Assembly (NCBI GenBank): GCA_029856155.1
Contig: JAHQWL010000026.1
Coordinates: 1 to 52,545, forward strand
Source of the DNA: Promethearchaeia archaeon
GTDB taxonomy: Archaea > Asgardarchaeota > Lokiarchaeia > Sigyniarchaeales > SOKP01
Direction of reading: 5' to 3'
DNA length: 52,545 bases
Part shown: piece after piece, positions 39,873 to 49,500 of the stretch
Layout of the letters: the number at the start of each line of letters is the position of its first letter
How positions within the stretch are numbered: the stretch's first letter is position 1
Notes under the pieces: model-generated
What the model saw: only the letters and a program-made list of their open reading frames with translations
Databases searched by the model: none
Told to the model about the DNA's origin: nothing
Program-made: the position numbers and the translations under genes

Positions 39873-41924
39873 TTAAGGGAGAGAGAGAGAATTCATTTTT
39901 TCCTCAATTGTTTTATTTAAATCTTTAACCTTCTTGTCTAATAACTTAAGTTCTTTATGAATTTCCTCAAATCTACTTTCCTGATCATTTAATTTTTTTA
40001 TGTATCTCTCCTTTAGTGAAATTGATTGACTATCATCGCCTAAAACAGAGATATTCTCTCGTAAACGAGATTGTTCATCAGTCATATTATTTCTCTCTTC
40101 GTCTAATTTTTCTTGTTTAGATCTTAAATCATTTAAAGTTTGAATTAATTCTGCGATTTCTTTTAAACGATTTTCTAGAACTGATTCGATAAATTTCTTT
40201 TTGACGTAAAAACCTACTCTTTTTAATAAATCCTCTTTACTATAATTCCATAAATATATGCTTGAATAATTTTCTCTTTGTTCTTTTATTTTAAAAACAA
40301 TTGCATCCTTTGGTTTTAAAGTGATTTTGAATCGCCAGTAATTAGCAGTTTCTTCTGGCTCTATAGGTTTCTCTATAATCTTGTATTCATAAGTTTTTGG
40401 ATGATCAAGGTAAAGCTCCTTTTCTTCATCAGTTTTATTTTTAATTTTATAGGTGGTCATTAAATTTGTAAAATAATATTCATAAGAGTACCCACTTTTA
40501 AAGGTAACTTTATGTATACTTAAATTCTCAGATTTCTGTTCATGATTAATTATTATAGCCTGTTCTACAGCAAAATTTAATAATCTCGTATCATCTTTAT
40601 TCAAAAAAGGGATAATAGCTTCGCCAGCAAGATTATCATCATAAATAATTGTTACTGGCCCTCTTTCTAGTGTAAGATTAGTGTTGTTTGTAATTTCCAG
40701 GCAAGCATTAGGGTTTTGATCATTTTCATTTTTGTTATAGAGTAAAATTCTCTTTGCTTTAATCGATTCAGTAAGTATTGGAACTAAAGCAGATTGCATT
40801 CGTTTAATTGTTACTGGGTTCGAAATATTATATTCAAATAATTCTCCCAAATCTTTTGTTTGAGTTTTGACTTGAGATTTCACCTTATCATAAACCTCTG
40901 TATCAGACATAATACCTTGCATACGCCCAAATCCACCAGCTCCACCGGGAGCAGGAGGTGGGCGAACTCCTATAGTTGAGGCTATAGCTCTTTTCTTCAT
41001 TGCCTTTGGTTTTGCTTCCATTTCTGCCATAGCAAAATCCTCAAATTTTTCCATTTCCAATCCTTCTTCAATTTCTGTGGGCCTAGCGCTTAAAACTTTC
41101 GGTGGTTGAATTATTGGTCGTTGGATGAAAATAGGTCGATAAAATTCATAAATGAATGAAACTGGCATACCAGCTACTAAAGATAATTCAATATCGTCCC
41201 AATCTTGATTAGTGGTATTTTCAATAAGACTCCACCCCGAAAGTAAGCATTTTTGCTCTAAAGCTTGTTGTTTGCTCATAATTAAACGGTAAGAAGTTTT
41301 CCAGATAGGACTTTCACGAATATACGACACGAAAATGTTTCTTTCAACTTCATCTTCTCCTCCAGACTCACAATTTATTATTATTTTTTTAGCATCTTTC
41401 TTCTTTCCAGCTATAACTGTATCCAAGAAGAATTTCAAATCCTTTTTGATTTCTTCATTTATAATTTCTAAAGAACGAATTTCTGTGAAGTTATATTTAG
41501 TTATTGTACCATCATCTTGATGCAGTATTAATAATTTTTCAGTAATCTTCTCATCTTTAGTCAATTTTTCTGTATATTCGATTCCCATTATTTTCCCCGA
41601 AATTTTCTTTGCACCCCCTACGATTAAAAAAACGTCAGCTCCTTTTATTTGCGTTACTAGGGAAGAAAAAGAATCTCTATCAGGAATGTTTAACATTATG
41701 GATTTTAGTAATTGGTCAGTATCTAATGCTGCATCGTAAGAAATCGAGGATATATACCCTTTCTTGCTTGTATCTAAAACAAAAAGTGATTTTAATACAT
41801 CATTCATCTCATCAATCTTAAACTCAATTTCAAATTTTCCTGAGCTCTTTAAGGTACCCTCAAGAATGTAATAAGATACTCCGTGCTTAAATATAATTAC
41901 TCTTTTTACTTTTAATTTTGACAT
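39873..41924 (-). CDS. DUF4139-family protein with C-terminal coiled coil
   Basis: VIIFKHGV, MNDVLKSL, PIWKTSYR, ENTTNQDW..LSLVAG, GELFEY. Confidence 0.75.
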   Translation of the reverse strand: MSKLKVKRVIIFKHGVSYYILEGTLKSSGKFEIEFKIDEMNDVLKSLFVLDTSKKGYISSISYDAALDTDQLLKSIMLNIPDRDSFSSLVTQIKGADVFLIVGGAKKISGKIMGIEYTEKLTKDEKITEKLLILHQDDGTITKYNFTEIRSLEIINEEIKKDLKFFLDTVIAGKKKDAKKIIINCESGGEDEVERNIFVSYIRESPIWKTSYRLIMSKQQALEQKCLLSGWSLIENTTNQDWDDIELSLVAGMPVSFIYEFYRPIFIQRPIIQPPKVLSARPTEIEEGLEMEKFEDFAMAEMEAKPKAMKKRAIASTIGVRPPPAPGGAGGFGRMQGIMSDTEVYDKVKSQVKTQTKDLGELFEYNISNPVTIKRMQSALVPILTESIKAKRILLYNKNENDQNPNACLEITNNTNLTLERGPVTIIYDDNLAGEAIIPFLNKDDTRLLNFAVEQAIIINHEQKSENLSIHKVTFKSGYSYEYYFTNLMTTYKIKNKTDEEKELYLDHPKTYEYKIIEKPIEPEETANYWRFKITLKPKDAIVFKIKEQRENYSSIYLWNYSKEDLLKRVGFYVKKKFIESVLENRLKEIAELIQTLNDLRSKQEKLDEERNNMTDEQSRLRENISVLGDDSQSISLKERYIKKLNDQESRFEEIHKELKLLDKKVKDLNKTIEEKMNSLSLP

Positions 41925-42044
41925 AAAATTATTATAACTTATTTAAAATTTAAATTTTAATGATTTTAAAAAAAAATTCTATTTGATAATATTTTGGATG
42001 AAATAAGATGCTATTACAAAAGTAAGATTTCTTTTAATAAATCA

Positions 42045-42551
42045 TTACATATTTCTTACTAGAATCTCTAGAATGCCCTCCTCTAAAGTGGAAGACCACT
42101 TCGGATTTTCTACTATGACTCCAATATAATCACCAGCATCATTAAAGAAATAGAAAGTGGGAATTGCTTTTAAATCAAACTTTGGATCACTTGCTTCTGG
42201 TGGTGACCGTTTTTTGTGCCAAATCGTCTCTCCTGGTTTATGTAATGCGTTCACCATTATACCATATAAAATTTTTAAGTCAACATCTTTAGTATTGATA
42301 TCTTTTACTATTTTTATCATTCTAGGTATATTTTTCGTACAATCAGGACACCAATCAGCACCTAAAGCAACAATTTTTAATTTTTCTCTCTTACTTTTAA
42401 GAAATTGCTTAATTTTCTCAAGGAACTCTGATTTTGGTTCGTAAGTTTCATAGACTTTATTAATTTTTTCCCCATAAATTTTTAAATATTCCTCAGGGGT
42501 CATTGTTGGAGAGATTAGATCAGTCCACTTTAAATCACTTATTGAATTCAT
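42045..42551 (-). CDS. Thioredoxin-family protein
   Basis: ADWCPDC, AIPTF cis-Pro. Confidence 0.85.
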   Translation of the reverse strand: MNSISDLKWTDLISPTMTPEEYLKIYGEKINKVYETYEPKSEFLEKIKQFLKSKREKLKIVALGADWCPDCTKNIPRMIKIVKDINTKDVDLKILYGIMVNALHKPGETIWHKKRSPPEASDPKFDLKAIPTFYFFNDAGDYIGVIVENPKWSSTLEEGILEILVRNM

Positions 42552-42708
42552 ATTTATTATTGAAATTACTTGTTTTAAAAAAATTATTTTAATAATTCAT
42601 AAAACTCAACTTATTAAAGTTTAATTAAGAAAAATAAATGATATGAAAAAAAAATGAATTTTTAATTCCAAAATAGATTTTCTAAAAGATACAAATTGGT
42701 GCTTTCAA

Positions 42709-44553
42709 ATTTTATATTCTTTAAGAGATAAGATATTAAAAATTAATCTTACAAATAAAGAAATTTCTATTCAGCCTTTAAATGAAGAAATCGCTAAGGA
42801 TTTCTTAGGTGGAGCTGGTTATGCTTGTCGTTATCTATATGATAAGTTAGAACGAGATACAGATCCTCTTTCTCCAGAGAATATTCTAATGATAATGACA
42901 GGTCCGTTAAATGGAACTTTTGCTCCGAATACGGGTAGATGGGTTGTATGTTCTAAATCACCATTAACAGGAATTTGGGGGGAATCTAATTGTGGAAGTT
43001 GGTTTGGAGCTGAAGTGAAGAAAGCTGGATATGATGGTATTGAAATTATTGGGGTTTCAGAAAAGCCCGTTTATATTGAAATAAATGATAACGATGTTCA
43101 AATTAAAAATGCGGATTTCATTTGGGGAAAGGGAACATTTCATACTACTAAAAAGCTTAAGGAAGTTTTTGAAGTCAATAAAGCGAAGGTGGCATGTATA
43201 GGAATAGCAGGTGAGAACCTTATAAAATATGCAAATATAATTTCTGAACAAAGAGCTGCAGGTAGAACGGGTATGGGGGCTGTTTTCGGTTCAAAAAAGC
43301 TAAAAGCTATCATTGCTAAAGGTTCTAACTTAGAACTCAACGTAGCAGCAAAGGAAAAATTAGATAATGCTATAAAGATCGCGAGGAATTACGTGAAATC
43401 GTCATTCGCGACTAAAATGCTTGGTAAGTTCGGAACTGCTGCCGCTCTTGATATGTATAATGAGACAAGTGAATTACCAATAAGATATCATACACAACCT
43501 AAATGGGTAAAAGCAAGAAATATATCAGGGGTAAAAATGGCAGAGACTATATTAGTAAAACAAGCATTTTGCCATTCTTGTGTAATAGGATGTGGAAGAA
43601 TTATTGAAATAAAAGACGGAAAATACAAAACAGAACAAGTTAAAGGTCCTGAATATGAAACAATTTGCGGATTTGGCAGTTTAATCTTAAATGATGATTT
43701 AAAATCGATTGCTTATATTAATAAAAAGTGCAATGACTTCGGAATTGATACAATCAGTACGAGTGGAGTTATTGCTTGTCTAATTTATCATTATAACTTG
43801 AATAATATAAATTCAAAAGATCTAGATGGTTTAGATCCTGAATGGGGAGAAATGGAAATAGTTGAGCAATTATTAGAAAAAATTGTTATTAGAGAAGGAA
43901 TTGGTAATGTCCTTGCTGAAGGTTCTAATTATTTTGCTGAAAAATTTAAAATAAATAAAGAGGAAATTGCCGCAGTAGATAATTTGGAAGTTACTTATCA
44001 TGATAGTCGTTCTAACTATGGAATGTCAATTGCTTATGGGATAGGACCCCGTGGTCCCTCCCATAATGCATGTGATGCTTATTATATATTAATGGGTATT
44101 CCGTTAGATGAATTAAGTATTAAGCAAATTGACACATATAAGGACGATATGGAAATGGCAGAGTGCTGTTCTTTACTAATGGACTATAGAGCATTGTATA
44201 GCTCGATGATTATGTGCTCTTTTTGTAATCCTTTACCTTCTCAAAATGCAGATATAATTAAATATGCAACTGGATTAAATTTTGGACTAAAAGAAGTAAA
44301 ATTATATGGTGAAAGAATTGCGAATATGAAAAGAATTTTCAATGTTAAAATGGGATTAACCCCTTTAGATGATAGAATACCTCAGATTTTATTAAAACCA
44401 TTTGAAAGTGGAGGGTCAGCAGGAAGATCTCCAAATTTTACCAAATTAAAAGAATTATACTATAAATATCGTGATTGGGATCCTATAACTGGAATACCTA
44501 GCATAAAGAAATTAAAATCTTTAAATTTTGATCAAAAATTTTATAGAAGTTAG
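42709..44553 (+). CDS. aor: Tungsten aldehyde:ferredoxin oxidoreductase family; frame extends upstream of the track start (probable ATT start 42709)
   Basis: KILKINLT..FLGGAG..DPLSPEN upstream of 42889; KSPLTG, GRTGMGAVFGSKKLKAI, CHSCVIGC, GPEYET, GIDTIS. Confidence 0.9.
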   Translation: MLYSLRDKILKINLTNKEISIQPLNEEIAKDFLGGAGYACRYLYDKLERDTDPLSPENILMIMTGPLNGTFAPNTGRWVVCSKSPLTGIWGESNCGSWFGAEVKKAGYDGIEIIGVSEKPVYIEINDNDVQIKNADFIWGKGTFHTTKKLKEVFEVNKAKVACIGIAGENLIKYANIISEQRAAGRTGMGAVFGSKKLKAIIAKGSNLELNVAAKEKLDNAIKIARNYVKSSFATKMLGKFGTAAALDMYNETSELPIRYHTQPKWVKARNISGVKMAETILVKQAFCHSCVIGCGRIIEIKDGKYKTEQVKGPEYETICGFGSLILNDDLKSIAYINKKCNDFGIDTISTSGVIACLIYHYNLNNINSKDLDGLDPEWGEMEIVEQLLEKIVIREGIGNVLAEGSNYFAEKFKINKEEIAAVDNLEVTYHDSRSNYGMSIAYGIGPRGPSHNACDAYYILMGIPLDELSIKQIDTYKDDMEMAECCSLLMDYRALYSSMIMCSFCNPLPSQNADIIKYATGLNFGLKEVKLYGERIANMKRIFNVKMGLTPLDDRIPQILLKPFESGGSAGRSPNFTKLKELYYKYRDWDPITGIPSIKKLKSLNFDQKFYRS

Positions 44554-44556
44554 TTT

Positions 44557-45036
44557 TTATTTAATTTTGATAAATAGTCTATGCATATAATCTTTAAATC
44601 CGTGTTTCTTCCAAAAAGAGGAAGATATGGGATTAGCTGGTACAATACTAAGTTCTACTCTTTCTAAACCTAACGCTTTAAACCATTTAAGAGCTTCCTG
44701 CCACAATTTATTTCCAATACCCTTTTTTCTATGTTTTAATGTAACATACATATCATAAATAGAGCCATGTTTTTCTAACAAATAAACTGGGGGATAAAGA
44801 TCAATTTTAGCAATTGTATACCCAATGAGTTTTTCATCCTCTAATGCTATGAATATTTTTGCCTCTTCAGATCGGATTAATTTAGCGATAAAAGATTCAA
44901 AGTTTATATGTCCATCTTTTTTCCTGGTAAAAAAAGGATCTATATTTGAATGATAATCAGCAAGCTCTTTCCATAATCCTACAATTTCAGGGATATGTTT
45001 TTCTGTTGCTTCAGCAATCTTAAAAGGAAATGACAT
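44557..45036 (-). CDS. GNAT acetyltransferase
   Basis: MYV..HRKKGIG, N..SSSFWKKHGF. Confidence 0.88.
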   Translation of the reverse strand: MSFPFKIAEATEKHIPEIVGLWKELADYHSNIDPFFTRKKDGHINFESFIAKLIRSEEAKIFIALEDEKLIGYTIAKIDLYPPVYLLEKHGSIYDMYVTLKHRKKGIGNKLWQEALKWFKALGLERVELSIVPANPISSSFWKKHGFKDYMHRLFIKIK

Positions 45037-45136
45037 AATTTTTATTTAATATCACTATTTTAAATAAACCTAATATCTGTTTCTTTATATTTAATTATAC
45101 TTTTATTAGATTAAAATTAGGTGAAATATAAAAAAG

Positions 45137-45673
45137 TTAGTTTGTTGTTCGTGAATCTCTGTTTTTAAGAATTAATTTTGTCAGTAAGTTAAAAATTTTA
45201 TGAACATTCTCACCAGTTTTAGAACTACACTCGATAAATCCATCTGCACCCTTATTCATCGCTAAGTCCATAGCTTTTTTTGTAGAAACTTCTTTAAGAT
45301 GCATTAAATCAGTCTTTCCCCCCACAAACACGATCGGTAATTTATAGTTGATTTCTTTATCAAGAATTTCAAACCAATCATCTACATGAGCAAGTGAGCC
45401 ATAATTTGTAATATCATACATAAAGATTGCTCCATTAGCACCTCTAATATAAGATGGAAAAAGGAATCTAAATCTCTCTTCACCTGCAAAATCCCAAATC
45501 TGGAGTTTTACCATCTCTCCATCTAATTCAATAGCTTTTAGGTGAAAATCTACACCAAGAGTCATTGTTATATCGTCTTTAAATAAATTCGTTAAGAATC
45601 TATGAGTTAACGTAGTTTTACCAGTTTGTGAATCTCCAAAGATTACTATCTTGAATGTGGAAGTGTAGGACAA
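45137..45673 (-). CDS. Rab-like small GTPase
   Basis: GDSQTGKT, TLGVDF, WDFAGEERF, GKTD, CSSKTG. Confidence 0.92.
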   Translation of the reverse strand: MSYTSTFKIVIFGDSQTGKTTLTHRFLTNLFKDDITMTLGVDFHLKAIELDGEMVKLQIWDFAGEERFRFLFPSYIRGANGAIFMYDITNYGSLAHVDDWFEILDKEINYKLPIVFVGGKTDLMHLKEVSTKKAMDLAMNKGADGFIECSSKTGENVHKIFNLLTKLILKNRDSRTTN

Positions 45674-46531
45674 CCCAAATACCCAAAAATTTTAATTAGT
45701 ATACCTAATTCCTTAGGTTTTTATCTGGTGTTATGTATAAATATAATTTCAGACTATAAAAATTTTACATTAAATTCAAATTTCTAAGAATTTCTAACGA
45801 ATTTAATCATAATTTTCTAAATAGTCGTAATTTACTCAATAGGTTGGATTAGCTTTCTTAGTAAAAATTTGGCTCCTTCCTCATCTAAAAGTTTAATAAA
45901 CAAATATTCTCTCAATATAAAAATTTGAAAATATTAAAATTATGATAAAAATGGGTTTACAAGAACAGACCCATACAAAAAAAAGGGAATCTTATGAAAA
46001 CAATTGAATATGCCATTAAAACTTCAAAAATGTCGTCAATAATCCAGCATCATAAAGATGCTATTAATGCAATGATGTATAGATTTATAACAAATACTGT
46101 AGGAGGTGCGATTCCATTGTTCACTAAAAGCATTATTCGCTTTAATAATGTGAGCGTAGGAATAGTCATTGAATTATTCTCTGAATTGAGATAATAAAAT
46201 GATAAAGGAGGGTGTCTCTATGTTTTCAATAACCTATTATGTAAACCTGCACCTCATACTGCTACAAAGACGGTATTACACCGTCCCCAATTTTTATTCG
46301 ACTTATAAATTTAGTTATTTAGATGAAAATCAAGATCTTCGAAGGTTTCGGGAGCTTGTGTTAATTTTATTCTTATTTGCCAAAAGGATAGATTTTCTTG
46401 CATTATAATCTAATAAAACCTGTAAAAATCTTTGAACTGAATTTAGAATTAATATTTATTCTATAATTTATTATAAAAAGCCAAATATTTGTGTCCTACT
46501 AGCAGATTTTAATATAAAAAAATTAGATCTT

Positions 46532-49500
46532 TTAACCTGATTCATAATTATCTCCAGTTGTTTCTTCAGGATTTACTTCTTCAGGTTCAGGGAGGGGTTC
46601 ATCATAATTATCTGTTTCATATTCACTTATATTATTTGTTCCTTCTAAAGAATCTTCTATTTCTGAAAAATTGTTTATATCTTCATTGAATTCTTGATTA
46701 AAGTCATCGAAAAAAGAATTTTCCTCATAATATTTTTCATAAATTCCTCCATCATCAAAATCTTTTACGCCTTCATTGATATCTTTAATATCAGAATCAT
46801 CTATTGGTATCAGATTAGAATCAATAAAAGCTTGTTCAGTGTTTTTTTCTAATATCTGTTCATTTGGATTTTCATTCAAAGACTCATTATTAGCTAATTC
46901 TTCTGGATCTGTTATCAACTCGAGATCTCCATCGTGTATTTCCCTTGGTGTATTTTCAGTAGTATCTTCTGTTTGCGTATCACCATCTTTTGAATCATCG
47001 GGCTTATAATTAGCTAATTCTTCTGGATCTGTTATCAACTCAAGATCTCCATCGTCTATTTCCTTTGGTGTATTCTCAGTAGTATCTTCTGTTTGCGTAT
47101 CACCATCTTTTGAATCATCGGGTTCATAATTAGCTAATTCTTCGGGATCGGTTATCAACTTGAGATCTCCATCGTCTAATTCCTCTGGAATGTTTTCCAA
47201 AATTTCCTCATTTGGATTATCTATGTTATTTGGTGTGTCTTGAGATATGGGATTTGAATTATTATCTGGAGGTTCTGGTTCTAAATACGTAATTAATCCT
47301 GAACTCGTCTGTTGAGCTATTGGCTGTTCTATTGGTTGTTCTATTGATTGTGTTGTTGGTTGTTCAGCTGGTTCGTCTATTGTTTGTGTTGTTGGTTGTT
47401 CGGCTGGTTCGTCTACTGTTTGTGTTATTGGTTGTTCAGCTGGAGGGTCTACTGATTGTGTTATTGGTTGCTCAGTTGGTTCGTCTACCGATTGTGTTAT
47501 TGGTTGCTCAGTTGGTTCGTCTACCGATTGCGTTATTGGTTGCTTAGCTGGTTCGTCTATCGATTGTGTTATTGGTTGCTCAGCTGGTTCGTCTACTGAT
47601 TGTGTTATTGGCTGATCAACTGGCTCGTCTACTGTTTGTGTTATTGGCTGATCAACTGGCTCGTCTACTGTTTGTGTTATTGGTTGTTCAGCTGGCTCGT
47701 CTACTGTTTGTGTTATTGGCTGATCAACTGGCTCGTCTACTGTTTGTGTTATTGGTTGTTCAGCTGGCTCGTCTACTGTTTGTGTTATTGGCTGATCAAC
47801 TGGCTGATCTACCGATTGTGTTATTAGTTGTGAAGTTGGCTGGTCTACCAATTGCGTGATAGGATTTAGAATAGAATGATCAATTATAGAACTATTTAAA
47901 TCAGATATTCCGTGTTCTAATCCCTTTTCCCTTATTTCTGTAATACTCTCGTTGTAAAACCCTGAAACTTCATTAGTTTTATGATATTTATCTATATCTT
48001 CTCTATTGAAATGAGTTTTGCCATTTTCTTCTCTCAGAGAATTTGATTTGTTATGAGCGTTCTCTTTAGCCTTATCAAGCAAATATTTTACTCTAGCTTT
48101 ATTATCTTCTCTAACTTTTTCAGCAATCCATAAATATTCATTATCAAATTCATTCGCCTCATCACTATTTTCAGAATTGGACTTAGGGCTATATTCTTTA
48201 AACTTTTCAATTGCATTTATAGTAACCTTTGATTGATTATACTTTGGTTGAAATTTAGCAGATATTTGATGCTCTTTTGTTGGTTTATGTTCTTCTGCCC
48301 TTTCTTTCCTAGTAATCCATTGATCTAAACTTATATCACTAATATCTTCACTTAATAGACTTACTAATCCATGACTGTTAATGTATTCTTCAAATTCTTT
48401 TTGTTGATTTTTGAGATTCTTCAATTCTTTTTTTGCTTTTTTTGCCAAATTTTTTAACTCTTCATAAGCTTGAGGTAAAAAACATGCATCTTGTGCTAAT
48501 TTAACTATTCTACTAAACTCTGCTAATTCTTTTCCAGAATATCCCATAAATCGAGCAAATTCCTTAACTTTTAAAACAGCTACATGGTTTCTATAAGGAA
48601 TGCTATTTGGAATTTTAATTTTTTTCTTAGAAGCGCCTAAATGCACAATAATGAGAAACTTTTCTTTTCCTTGATATCCTTTATTGAGTTTACTATTAAT
48701 AGTTCTTCGTCTTGAACCTATTGTGTAATCAATATTAACAACTTTGATAATTTCTGGTATTTTTATTATATTTTGCCTAGATTCAATGAACTCTCTAAAA
48801 GTTGAATTACGAAAAATTGAATTGTCTACCTTTTTTGGACTATTTAAATTTGGTGAAATTTCATAATAAGAACAACACTTATGTTGCATACAAAATTTAA
48901 TAAAAAGAAGTTCTAAAATTGAATGCAGATTATTTCCCACAATTCTCTCTACTTTTTGCCTTGGTTCTAGCCCAGTGTCACTTATAAATTCCGTATAGGT
49001 TTTATGATTTCTACGTAGTGCCTCAATGAAGCCACCTTTAACAATTTTAGTTAATTCATCCAAGTTTGGAGCTTCATTTTCCTTTAAAGCAAAGCTAATT
49101 TTAGTTTCCGGATATATCTCATCAATAAATAGATCTACCAAGTCTTTATATGTCATATCTTTATATTTATATTCATAATTAGGCAGAAATCCAGATGCTT
49201 TTATTAAATCGTTATAAGAACATATATCATATACTTTGTTTAAAAAACTATTATATCCCAAATCTCGAAGCATTTTCGCTGTTGGAACTTCCTTCTCTTG
49301 TAAAGTAAGATTTAATGCTTTAAATTTCTCTAATATGTCTGGATAAACCTCCACCTTAAATATTTCAACAAGTTCTTCAAAATTCTCTATCCCGCTGTAT
49401 TTTCCATATTTTTGTTGAAATCCCGCATCTGAGAGTAAATCAGAATATTTCTTCTTTACTCTTGTTAAAGCCTGTAAGAAACCTCTAAAATTTTTTTCAA

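Noticed and set aside
4041-43340. Numerous 60-120 aa ORFs antisense to well-supported genes (e.g. 4041-4400, 6991-7296, 10281-10532, 38860-39207)
   Set aside because: They overlap confident CDSs on the opposite strand and have no recognisable motifs.
46269-46358. SECIS element
   Set aside because: No clear AUGA/GA core is visible and there is no adjacent gene with a credible in-frame TGA.
45994-46408. Two short plus-strand ORFs
   Set aside because: No motifs; the first looks like the antisense of a decayed minus-strand frame.
47320-47859. Plus-strand hydrophobic or Cys/Trp-rich ORFs
   Set aside because: They are antisense shadows of the coding minisatellite.
47324-47863. 36-bp repeats as a CRISPR array
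   Set aside because: The units are head-to-tail with no unique spacers, lie in frame within a CDS, and there are no cas genes.
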